Positions 1 to 9,415 of a stretch of 64,000 nucleotides of DNA are shown piece by piece; positions within the stretch are counted from its first letter, which is position 1, and each line of letters starts with the position of its first letter. Made by a program: the position numbers and the translations under genes. The stretch comes from Promethearchaeota archaeon. GTDB lineage: Archaea > Asgardarchaeota > Lokiarchaeia > Sigyniarchaeales > SOKP01. The DNA lies in assembly GCA_048940445.1 (NCBI GenBank), contig JBHLON010000001.1, forward strand, positions 83,386 to 147,385, written 5' to 3'. The notes under the pieces were generated by a model that was not told where the DNA came from, ran no database searches, and worked only from the letters and a program-made list of their open reading frames with translations.

Positions 1-8
1 CGACTGTA

Positions 9-2585
9 ATGGGATTTCAAGAATTTTTAGGAAGTAATCATCCCAAAAATTATTCAATAGATCGATACAGGTTCTATATTAATTATTATGACAATGATTC
101 TTCTAATATACCTCCTCAAGAAGTATATGTGAGTATTGTGGAGCTATCAAGGAATTTTACTATGTCTCAACTAAATGAAATGGATACTAATTATACCGAT
201 GGAGTTTTATTTGTTAGTGAATATGTTGAGCTAAAAAAGCCTCGAACCTATCATTATTTTTTTATTGGGAGTGACGGTTCTCATAGAGGGAGATATCCAG
301 AAGTTGATGAATTATTTATTTCAATAGAATATCCCTCTGACACTAAAAAATTCCCTTATAGTCATAGCTTTAACAACGGTTTAGACAATTGGATTTATAA
401 TGGTACTGGATGGGGATTATTATTCCAAAATAATTTTATTGATAATAGATCAGGAATCTATGCAAATAACTGGAGTTCAATGTATTTTGGGGCGTTTCAT
501 AATTACCCCTCAAACTATTCTTATCAACCAGATTTAATTACAAAACCTTACCCGAATGGAACTCTTTATAGTCCCTTATTCGATCTTACTCAAATAGACA
601 ATCAATCGACAATTCCATTTGCGAGGTTTGGTTTGAGGACTAGTATTAATTCTGGAGATTTTATAATATTGCAGATTAGCCTTAATTGGACGAATTGGAT
701 AACTTTGCGGATTTATACTAATGAAGAGACCGAATGGCATATTGAAAGTTTTAATTTAACCGAATATTTGGGATTTTTTATCCAATTTAGACTTATATCA
801 CTTTTAGATGACAATTTTGATCCTATTAATTATAAAGGTATCATTCTCGATTACTTTGAATTAACAAACTATACAAATTCATATAGTCCCCAAATCAATT
901 TTGATATTAATAGAGATATTTCTTCAACAAGTGGATCAAAATTTGATGCTTATAGTATTACATGTACTTATAGTGATAAAGACAATAATTATCCTGAATT
1001 TATCTATATCGAGCTTGATGGAACTAATTATTCTATGATAAACTTGATTGGAAAATGGGATGCAAATTCTAGCATTAAATTTACTAGATCCTTATTATTA
1101 GGAAATATAGATAATCGTACTTTTAGATTTCATACATCTGATGGACTACATTTGAATACTACTCCATGGTACAACGCAAATAACAATCTTTTTAATTTTA
1201 TTAACCCTGTGCCCAATCAATTTAATACTTATTATTATGAAAAGCAAATTGGATATAATTTTTCAAGCATGTCATTAGCCGAGTTCTATGTTTCAGGAAA
1301 ACCAAATCCAAAAGAAAATACTGCTTGGTTTGGTAGTGATAATACTTGGCACCCAGTTTACCGTCTTGGTCAATATTATCTTTACGGTGGTATTGGGGAA
1401 AGCTTTGGTAGTTCGTCTCAAGGTTATGGTCCTAATTGGAATGCTAAATTAATAACCTATCCACTATACTTGAATGGAGAATATGACACTTATTTAAAAT
1501 TTAATTTTGAAATCTCCTTACAAAATGAATATGGGATTTCGCAAGAAAATTTAGACAGTTGTATTGTTTCTCTATCTATCGATTATGGAGAAAATTGGAT
1601 TATATTGAAGAAGTATTTTTATGATAGTGAGACTTTGTCTGGAAATGAGTCATTAGATATTTCAGAATATGCAAATAAGGTTATTATGGTAATGTTTAGT
1701 TTAAAATCTAACGGTAATACTGTAGGGTTAGGATATGGATGGTTAATATCAGATATATATATAGGGTATGATAAAAATACAGATTTTATAAATCCAGATA
1801 TCTATTTTATTAAACCATTAGATCAAGAAATAATTAGCTCTATCTATCCCCTAATGGTATACATTTCTGATAATAACAAACTCGACAACTCAAGGATTTA
1901 TATCTATATTGATGGAAACTTAATAGATAGACAATTGTATAGTTTTGATATTAATACAGGAATTTTAGGATTTAACTGGGATACTACTTATTACTCTGAT
2001 GGAAGCCATCAAATAAAAGTAGTAGCTTTTGACGAGGAAGGCAATAAAGTTGAATCATCCATAGGTATATTCATACAAAATGGATTTTTCAATTGGAGAT
2101 CGTGGGGCCCATGGACATTAATTATTATAAGTATAATTATTATTAGTTTTATTTCCTACAAAATAGTTAAAAAGAGAGTTAGGATTAGAAAGAAAAGAAT
2201 TATAGATAGACAAAAATTAAAAATTGAACAATATGAAGTTGAGCAACTTTCGAAGATAAAACAAATTGATCTAGAGAAAGAAATTAAACTGCCCTTGACG
2301 TTACACTGCAAATATTGTAAATCATGGTTCGAATCAGACAAATTTGATTATATTTGTCCTATTTGCGAACATGATCAACTATATGTGGCATATTATTGTA
2401 CTAATTGTAATAATTGGTATTTTAAAGATGAACCTTCTGGGAATTATTATTGTAAAAATAAAGCGTGTCAAGGAATCAGATTGGTAAGGAGAGAAAGTGA
2501 GGAAGTAAAAGATTTATTAGCAAAAGAAGGGATTTTATTAAGAAAATTTAAACATAAAAAGAATAGATTTAGTATTTTGGATTGA
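9..2585 (+). CDS. Large sequon-rich surface protein with a single C-terminal TM helix and a cytoplasmic coiled-coil plus double zinc-ribbon tail; probably 5'-truncated by the window edge
   Basis: 858-aa ORF. The frame is open to nt 3 and there is no signal peptide after M9, so the true N-terminus probably lies left of the window. The protein is Asn/Tyr/Ser-rich with many N-x-S/T sequons. A single hydrophobic helix 'WTLIIISIIIISFISYKIV' is followed by 'KKRVRIRKKR' (positive-inside). The tail carries 'CKYCKSW...CPICEH' and 'CTNCNNW...CKNKACQG'. Confidence 0.6.
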   Translation: MGFQEFLGSNHPKNYSIDRYRFYINYYDNDSSNIPPQEVYVSIVELSRNFTMSQLNEMDTNYTDGVLFVSEYVELKKPRTYHYFFIGSDGSHRGRYPEVDELFISIEYPSDTKKFPYSHSFNNGLDNWIYNGTGWGLLFQNNFIDNRSGIYANNWSSMYFGAFHNYPSNYSYQPDLITKPYPNGTLYSPLFDLTQIDNQSTIPFARFGLRTSINSGDFIILQISLNWTNWITLRIYTNEETEWHIESFNLTEYLGFFIQFRLISLLDDNFDPINYKGIILDYFELTNYTNSYSPQINFDINRDISSTSGSKFDAYSITCTYSDKDNNYPEFIYIELDGTNYSMINLIGKWDANSSIKFTRSLLLGNIDNRTFRFHTSDGLHLNTTPWYNANNNLFNFINPVPNQFNTYYYEKQIGYNFSSMSLAEFYVSGKPNPKENTAWFGSDNTWHPVYRLGQYYLYGGIGESFGSSSQGYGPNWNAKLITYPLYLNGEYDTYLKFNFEISLQNEYGISQENLDSCIVSLSIDYGENWIILKKYFYDSETLSGNESLDISEYANKVIMVMFSLKSNGNTVGLGYGWLISDIYIGYDKNTDFINPDIYFIKPLDQEIISSIYPLMVYISDNNKLDNSRIYIYIDGNLIDRQLYSFDINTGILGFNWDTTYYSDGSHQIKVVAFDEEGNKVESSIGIFIQNGFFNWRSWGPWTLIIISIIIISFISYKIVKKRVRIRKKRIIDRQKLKIEQYEVEQLSKIKQIDLEKEIKLPLTLHCKYCKSWFESDKFDYICPICEHDQLYVAYYCTNCNNWYFKDEPSGNYYCKNKACQGIRLVRRESEEVKDLLAKEGILLRKFKHKKNRFSILD

Positions 2586-2608
2586 GTTTAGAATAAACAG
2601 GTGATTTC

Positions 2609-5572
2609 TTGGGAATAAAGAAGCTTCTATACATGGTTAAAAGTAGAATTAATTTAAAGTTCATTAAACATACTTGGTTAAGCTTAAAAAGAGACAAGAC
2701 CAAAGCGGTGTTTGCTATACTAGGAATTATGATTTCAATTACTCTTTTAACAGCAATAGGTATGGTAAACGATACGATGTCCTATAATTATATGCAGATA
2801 ATAACTAGCAGTACAGGAAATGCCGATATTATGATTTCAAAAAGAGTACAATCAGATATTAGTTATGATCCTTTCTTTGATGAAAATCTTATAGATAATG
2901 ACTTACAAAATATTGAAGGTGTTCAAGAATTCTTTCCTAGAATAATGATGTTTGTGAGAGTATCAGCTAATAACACAAATACAAATGCAACTTTAGAATT
3001 ATATGGTTTAGATTTTTTAAAGGAAGCATATAATGGTCATATGGGAAACTTAGCACTAGTTGATCAATACGGTCTAACAACTGGAAATCTATATTTAGAT
3101 GAACCAAAAGCAGGGGAATGTGTGATCTTATGGAAAGTCGCAGAATTATTAAACGTAACTACAGGCGATTATATTCATCTTGAATACATTCAAAATGAAA
3201 TTGATCTAGAAATTGTAGCAATTTGCAAGCAAGATCTTAAATTTTCGGAATTTGAAAACTCTTTGATACTAGTTAATATTCAGCAAGCACAATCAATTTT
3301 AGATAAACCAAATAGCATTAACTTCATTTATGGAACTTTAAAAAATCCTGAGTCTATATATGACATACGAGATGTAGCAGCCACACAAAGTAAATTAAGG
3401 GTAATTGGAACCAGAATTCAATTACGCTTAGATATCAATGAGTTTTCTGTTGCAATGCCGAAGTTAGAAGAAATTGGAGCGCAAGAATTTATGTTAATCG
3501 CAATGACAGTAATTTTTTGGTTTATCACACTTATTGGAATGTTGATAACTGGTATATTGATTAATTCAATATTATCCACTTCATCTGAAGAAAGACAAAG
3601 AGAATATGGAATTTTGAGAGTTGTTGGAGGGAAAAAGACATTTCCAATTAAAGTGGTGTTATTTGAAGGTGTTTTAATCGGAACAATTGGAGCAATTTTA
3701 GGGATAATAATTGGATTATTACTAACTCCACCAATAGTTAACTTTTTATTTGTTATGACTGGTTTTCGACTTCAAAATGTAGTATATATTATCCAACCTC
3801 AAACTGTACTTCTTGCTTTCGCTATAGGTGCTGGAGGAGCGACGGTTGTTGCATTATTACCCGCTTTTAAAACAGCTAAAATAAATTTAATTAAATCTAT
3901 TACTCCTTTTCGGGCAAAAGAAGAAGGATGGGAAGTTAAGAAGGAAGGGAGTATGAATGTCAAAAGCTTTCTTGTAGGAATCTCAATAGCAACAATTGGT
4001 ATGGTTGTATTTATACTTCTACCAAATATAGTGGTTACTGGTGAATTTATGTTAATTGCTGGTTTATTTATTGGTTTGCTTTGTGCAATTTTAATTGGTC
4101 TAGTATTCGCTTCCGTAGGTATTGTACCGCTAATTCAGCAAATTTTTTTAGGAATAATTAAACCATTTATACGCAAGTATGCTAACATAATTAGTATCTC
4201 ATTAAAACGCAATCGAAGACGAAATACTAGTACAATTGTTATGTTTGCAATTAGTTTTTCATTTATTTTCTTTATCACGAGCGTCACTCAGATGGAATCG
4301 GAAAATACATCTTTAAATTTGCAGTTTCAATATGGTTCAGACCTAGTTATTGTCAATCAAGGATTAGAAGGAGAGCCTAACGCTATAACATTAGAAATGG
4401 CAGAAGAAATAAAGGATCTTCAGGGGGTTGAAGATGTTGCTATTACTTTATTTAACATGTTTGATATTACCTCTGCTATATCACTCATCTACAGCTTTAG
4501 TGAAGGTGGTGGAATGTTTGATGAAGAGTCAATTAATGAAGCATTTCTTAATATCTTTGAGTTCTATAAGGAACAATCAGAAAGAAAGTACAAAGTAGTA
4601 GCTTCAGATATCCCTGAATTTGAACCTCTTGAAGTAGGCTTCATCGGAATTGAAGAAAACTTTATTAATTTGATTGATAAGGACCTAATTATCTGGAATA
4701 GTCCTGGGAGTGGGACAGAATATTCCTATAATCGACTTTTTAGTCATAATGATACTTGCGTCATTTCAGAAGCAATCGCAACAGTTCTTGGCATTAAAGA
4801 AGTAGGAGAAAAAATATTACTTTCGTTCTATGAAAATGAGACTAAGGAAGTCAGAAATCCTTTAATATTTACAGTTTGTGGAATATCTGGTGGAATTCCC
4901 GGTTTCTTTAACTTTAGAAGTTCTGTTTCAATGGCAGAAGGAGGGGGAGTAATGGTTTCTTTGGAGAATTATATTAGATTAATGGGTATAGAAAATCCGG
5001 GAAATCCTGAAATGACTGTAGACAAAATTTTTTTAAGTTTAATCGACAAATCAGAAGAAAGTATTGAACAAACAAAGGAAGATATTCAAGCTTCATACGA
5101 GAATAAAGCCTTTTTCATTGATGATGCTGTTTCGAAAATAAACTTTCTTAGTGATATGTACAAACGACAAAGTACTTTAATGGAAATTATTAATTGGTTT
5201 GCTATTGCAATAGCAATTTTTGGATTAATAAGCTCTATGTATGCTGTTATGCTCGAAAGAAAGTTTGAAATTGGAATTTTAAGATCGCTTGGTATGAAAG
5301 TTAAAAATGTAAGGAATTTATTTTTAATCGAGAGTATGATTTTAATGCTTTCAAGTGGAACTATGGGAACATTAATCGGAACCTTTTGTGCATATATGTT
5401 AGAATCTAATTTGGGATTAATAACAGAGATGCCAATTGTTTTTGATATTCCATTTGACATTTTATTTCGAGTTTACTTTATTTCAATAATTGTTGGCTTT
5501 ATAGGGATGTATATTATACTAATTCGGTTAAGTAGGCAAACAGTAATGGATATATTTAGACAAACCTTCTAA
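2609..5572 (+). CDS. FtsX/MacB-type ABC transporter permease (double FtsX domain)
   Basis: 987 aa. There are two TM blocks separated by large extracytoplasmic domains. Two copies of the FtsX-family loop motif are present: 'ERQREYGILRVVGG' and 'ERKFEIGILRSLGM'. The start is TTG, 4 nt after the SD-like AGGTGA (2599-2604). Confidence 0.85.
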   Translation: MGIKKLLYMVKSRINLKFIKHTWLSLKRDKTKAVFAILGIMISITLLTAIGMVNDTMSYNYMQIITSSTGNADIMISKRVQSDISYDPFFDENLIDNDLQNIEGVQEFFPRIMMFVRVSANNTNTNATLELYGLDFLKEAYNGHMGNLALVDQYGLTTGNLYLDEPKAGECVILWKVAELLNVTTGDYIHLEYIQNEIDLEIVAICKQDLKFSEFENSLILVNIQQAQSILDKPNSINFIYGTLKNPESIYDIRDVAATQSKLRVIGTRIQLRLDINEFSVAMPKLEEIGAQEFMLIAMTVIFWFITLIGMLITGILINSILSTSSEERQREYGILRVVGGKKTFPIKVVLFEGVLIGTIGAILGIIIGLLLTPPIVNFLFVMTGFRLQNVVYIIQPQTVLLAFAIGAGGATVVALLPAFKTAKINLIKSITPFRAKEEGWEVKKEGSMNVKSFLVGISIATIGMVVFILLPNIVVTGEFMLIAGLFIGLLCAILIGLVFASVGIVPLIQQIFLGIIKPFIRKYANIISISLKRNRRRNTSTIVMFAISFSFIFFITSVTQMESENTSLNLQFQYGSDLVIVNQGLEGEPNAITLEMAEEIKDLQGVEDVAITLFNMFDITSAISLIYSFSEGGGMFDEESINEAFLNIFEFYKEQSERKYKVVASDIPEFEPLEVGFIGIEENFINLIDKDLIIWNSPGSGTEYSYNRLFSHNDTCVISEAIATVLGIKEVGEKILLSFYENETKEVRNPLIFTVCGISGGIPGFFNFRSSVSMAEGGGVMVSLENYIRLMGIENPGNPEMTVDKIFLSLIDKSEESIEQTKEDIQASYENKAFFIDDAVSKINFLSDMYKRQSTLMEIINWFAIAIAIFGLISSMYAVMLERKFEIGILRSLGMKVKNVRNLFLIESMILMLSSGTMGTLIGTFCAYMLESNLGLITEMPIVFDIPFDILFRVYFISIIVGFIGMYIILIRLSRQTVMDIFRQTF

Positions 5573-5580
5573 TAGAGCAT

Positions 5581-6165
5581 TTATATACTTCCCAGGAATT
5601 CAATCATTTTTCTCCAAGCTATACCTCTATGAGAAATATGATTCTTTTCTTTAGTTGTTAGTTCAGCAAACGTTTTATTCTGAATTCCATCGGGAATAAA
5701 AATTGGATCGAATCCAAATCCACTAGCACCCTTTATTGACTCCGAAATTTTTCCATTTATCCTTCCCTCAAAAAAGTAGTCTTTACCTAGAGGTTTGAAA
5801 AATAATGCAATAACAGTTAAAAAATGAGCTTCAGTAAGTTCAAAGTTATCAATCAATCGCAAGATTCCTTGATTTCCAATCGTTTTAAAAACATAAGAAG
5901 AATAAACACCAGGGAACCCATTAAGAGGTTTATCAACAAAAAAGCCTGCATCCTCTATAAAACAAGAGCCTTTAACAGATAATTTTACGCTATTTAATTT
6001 AAAAGAGGCATTTTCTTTAATTGAATCTGCTTGAATTTCAGTAGTTTTAACCTTTAACTGTTTTAATACAAAGTTTAACTTCTCACTTTCAAACATTTTA
6101 GAGATTTCATTAAATTTATAATTATTTGTGGTGATAAAATAAATCAGTTTTTCTTCTTTTCCCAT
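5581..6165 (-). CDS. Non-canonical purine NTP pyrophosphatase (HAM1/RdgB/ITPase family)
   Basis: 194 aa. Family motifs 'GFGFDPIF' and 'ISHRG', plus the N-terminal 'FITTNNYKFNE'. Confidence 0.9.
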   Translation of the reverse strand: MGKEEKLIYFITTNNYKFNEISKMFESEKLNFVLKQLKVKTTEIQADSIKENASFKLNSVKLSVKGSCFIEDAGFFVDKPLNGFPGVYSSYVFKTIGNQGILRLIDNFELTEAHFLTVIALFFKPLGKDYFFEGRINGKISESIKGASGFGFDPIFIPDGIQNKTFAELTTKEKNHISHRGIAWRKMIEFLGSI

Positions 6166-6304
6166 AATTATTATAATTTGTTAGAATTTATTTAGGTATA
6201 GGACATATCTCACTTAAAATAAATTAAAATTCCAAAATTTTATTTTGATAAGTTCATTTAGATTTATATCTAGTTAATAGTTGACTGAATATATCTGTGA
6301 TATC

Positions 6305-6763
6305 ATGGCTAGAATGCATAGTAGGAAAAAAGGAAAATCTGGTTCCACAAGACCAGCAAGACTTGATCCCCCCCCATGGATTGAGTTATCAGGAGAAGAA
6401 GTAGAAAATGAAGTAGTGAAGTTAGCAAGAAGAGGATTTTCTCAATCTAGGATTGGTATTATGCTTCGAGATTCATATGGTGTTCCACTGGTAAAAGTCG
6501 TTACAGGCAAATCCATCAGCCAAATACTTGAAGAAAATCAAATTGAATCACCATTACCAGAAGATTTATCCAACTTAGTCAAAAAAGCATTAAGTATTAG
6601 GAAACATTTGGAAACTAATCATAAAGATTTGGAAGCTAAAAAAGGGCTTAATAGAACTGAGTCAAAAGTTTATAGATTGATTAGATATTATAAAAAGAAA
6701 GGATATCTCGAACCAGATTTTAAATATGATCCCGAAAAGATAAGAACAATAGTAATGAGGTAA
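6305..6763 (+). CDS. rps15: 30S ribosomal protein uS15 (S15/S13e)
   Basis: 'MARMHSRKKGKSGSTRP' is the typical archaeal/eukaryotic S15 N-terminus. The track ORF starts at TTG 6281, but the conserved N-terminus begins at ATG 6305. Confidence 0.95.
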   Translation: MARMHSRKKGKSGSTRPARLDPPPWIELSGEEVENEVVKLARRGFSQSRIGIMLRDSYGVPLVKVVTGKSISQILEENQIESPLPEDLSNLVKKALSIRKHLETNHKDLEAKKGLNRTESKVYRLIRYYKKKGYLEPDFKYDPEKIRTIVMR

Positions 6764-6769
6764 AATGTA

Positions 6770-7558
6770 TTGAGTCAGAAGACAAAAAAAAGAAAAGCTA
6801 AAGTCAAAAAAGTAACTTTCAAAGAAAAGAATTGGTATCCTGTAATTGCTCCCAAAAGTTTCAACTTTAGAGAAATTGGTGAGGTAATAGGATTACCAAA
6901 TAACTTAATCGGAAGAACTCTTGAGATATTGCTTTATGATATTACAGATGATTATTCTGATATTAGTCTAAAGTTAAGATTCAAGATATCGGAAGCGAAT
7001 TCTGAAAAAGGTGTTTGTAACAGCATATTTTGGGGACATCAATATACCAATGATTATGTACGTTCACTAATAGGAAGAGGAAGTTCTAAAGTTCAAGTAA
7101 TATTAAATTTGGTCACAAAGGATGAGTGGGGGTTTCGATTAACTGTGATATGTACAACAATAAGGAGAGCACGGAGTTCACAGCAGATTGTTATTAGAAA
7201 AATTATAATGGAAATTTTAAGAGAATTTGCCAAAAATCTTAATCATGAAAAATTCATTAATGGAATTATATATCACGAATTTGAAAATCAAATTAATAGA
7301 GTTGCTAAAACAATATATCCTTTATCCAATTGCTCGATAATTAAAAGTAAAATAATTTCTATACCTGAAGGAGGGGAAGATAAAGAGTACATATCTAAGG
7401 AAGAAGAATTTGATATCGTTGAAGTCGAGGTAAAACGTACTCGAAAAAGCGAAATAAGAAGAACTGAAAGGATTAATGTTGCCAAATTAGCAAAAAACAA
7501 AACAGCACCTGCAGAAACAAGCGAATCTGAAACTGAAAATTCAGAAACAGAGGAATAA
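6770..7558 (+). CDS. rps3ae: 30S ribosomal protein eS1 (S3Ae)
   Basis: 'KNWYPVIAPKSF' is the S3Ae signature region. There is an acidic C-terminal tail. The TTG start sits 8 nt after GAGGT (6757-6761), which overlaps the S15 stop. Confidence 0.95.
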   Translation: MSQKTKKRKAKVKKVTFKEKNWYPVIAPKSFNFREIGEVIGLPNNLIGRTLEILLYDITDDYSDISLKLRFKISEANSEKGVCNSIFWGHQYTNDYVRSLIGRGSSKVQVILNLVTKDEWGFRLTVICTTIRRARSSQQIVIRKIIMEILREFAKNLNHEKFINGIIYHEFENQINRVAKTIYPLSNCSIIKSKIISIPEGGEDKEYISKEEEFDIVEVEVKRTRKSEIRRTERINVAKLAKNKTAPAETSESETENSETEE

Positions 7559-7683
7559 CATTAAATATATCTAATTTGTTATAACAATTTTTGAACGAAT
7601 CATTCTATTTTTTAAGCATTAATTTTATTACTCTCAAAGTTTAATTATTTAATTGTAATCAATTATTTATTCAAGGTTTTCAG

Positions 7684-9414
7684 ATGTCAAATAAAGAGGG
7701 AAATCAGAATAATCCTTATTCATTTGATGATTATCTCTATGTAAGAAATAACTTTAATTATTATCGAGACGATCCATTTCTACAAGCTCTAGTGAAACAT
7801 TATTCTCCTAAAACAGAATATGACACCATTGATCGTGACCTTAACGCTCTCTCTGATTATGTCTCATATAAATGGAGAGATTTAGCTGATAAAGCGGCAG
7901 AACTTGAAAATCGATTGAAGGTTACTAAAATTAAGCATTATGATGCTCATAACCATCGAATAGATAGAATTGAACGCTGTTGGGAAACAGAGACTTTAGA
8001 ACGCGAAATTTTTAGCCTTGGACTTTGGGATCCAAATAGGAATTCTGCTTGGAGTCGCTTCATTAAAATGCTTTTGCTATATGAAAATGGAGAGTTTGGG
8101 GTTATGTGCCCTATTGCCTGTACTCATGGACTTATTTGGATTTTGCAGAAATATGAAAGTGAATTGTCTCCTGAAGCTCATGAGATACTCAATCATTTAA
8201 GAGAAGGAAAAAATGATGAATATGGAAAAGGAGCTCAATTTGTTAGTGAAATCCAAGGAGGTAGTGACGTACCAGCAAATCTTGTTGAAGCTGTATTTGA
8301 AGAGAAAAAAGGTGAAGATGGATTTTCAAATGTTTGGAGAATTTATGGGAAAAAGTTCTTCTGTTCAGCAGCTCATACAGATTATGCTCTTGTTACTGCT
8401 AAACCAAAAAATACCCCTTCCTCGACTCGAATAGCTGCGTTTGTAGTTCCATCATGGCTTCCAGATAATAAAAAGAGTGAAATAAGAAATTCTTATACTA
8501 TAGATCGATTAAAACCAAAATTGGGGACTGCTGAATTACCTACAGCAGAAATTACTTATAATGGAGCAGTTGCATATCCAATTGGTCCTCTCGAAAAGGG
8601 TTTAGCTGATGTAGTAGGTATTGTTCTTTCATTGTCTAGATTGCACGTAGCATTTGGTATGGCAGCAGGAGCCTTGAGAGTAGCAAGAGAAGCAATTTTA
8701 TATACTCAATTTCGAAGCGCGTTTGGAGTACCAATATCATCCTTTCCAATGCTAGTAAATCAAATCAATGAATTAAATCATTTTGCAAAAAGATCTGTTG
8801 CAGGTGTATTTAAAATTTTTTCAGAATTTATTCAATTTGGGGAAGAATTAATTAGCGGGATAAGAGATCTACAAAAAATTGAAAATATCGAAGAACGTAG
8901 GCGTAGATTCCGCTTAAGAGAATTGATTATGCTCCAAAAGATTGTAGTAGCAGATGAATCCCCTAAAATGATTAGAAGAGCAATCTCATTTTTTGGAGGT
9001 CATGGTGTAATAGAAGATTTTCTCTCGTTATCTCGATTTCATAGGGATTCTATGATTATGGAACTCTGGGAAGGTCCTAGATTAGTTTTACTTACTCAAA
9101 TTCATCGAGATTTTCAGAGGGTGAGAGATTGGTATTCACCGGATGAATTTGTTAGAGATCTATTAAAAGGAAGTAATACTGAGTTAATTGAAGATTATGC
9201 CAATAGATTTTCACGAATTATATCCCATGAAAGCTTATTAAGAAATGATGAGAGAACTCTGGAAGTGTGTCAGGAGTGGGAAGATTTTTCAACTAGGCTA
9301 TTCATCGCCTACCAAGAACAAGCTCTTACGGAGATAAATTACAAAGAAAAACCTTTTAAGTTTTCTAAATTATTGCGTCAATTTAAGGAAAGAGAAAAGT
9401 TAAAAGGATACTAA
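7684..9414 (+). CDS. Acyl-CoA dehydrogenase superfamily protein (AidB-like)
   Basis: 576 aa. It has the 'SEIQGGSDV' motif typical of AidB-like ACADs and a long helical C-terminal domain. The assignment is at family level only. Confidence 0.65.
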   Translation: MSNKEGNQNNPYSFDDYLYVRNNFNYYRDDPFLQALVKHYSPKTEYDTIDRDLNALSDYVSYKWRDLADKAAELENRLKVTKIKHYDAHNHRIDRIERCWETETLEREIFSLGLWDPNRNSAWSRFIKMLLLYENGEFGVMCPIACTHGLIWILQKYESELSPEAHEILNHLREGKNDEYGKGAQFVSEIQGGSDVPANLVEAVFEEKKGEDGFSNVWRIYGKKFFCSAAHTDYALVTAKPKNTPSSTRIAAFVVPSWLPDNKKSEIRNSYTIDRLKPKLGTAELPTAEITYNGAVAYPIGPLEKGLADVVGIVLSLSRLHVAFGMAAGALRVAREAILYTQFRSAFGVPISSFPMLVNQINELNHFAKRSVAGVFKIFSEFIQFGEELISGIRDLQKIENIEERRRRFRLRELIMLQKIVVADESPKMIRRAISFFGGHGVIEDFLSLSRFHRDSMIMELWEGPRLVLLTQIHRDFQRVRDWYSPDEFVRDLLKGSNTELIEDYANRFSRIISHESLLRNDERTLEVCQEWEDFSTRLFIAYQEQALTEINYKEKPFKFSKLLRQFKEREKLKGY

Positions 9415-9415
9415 T

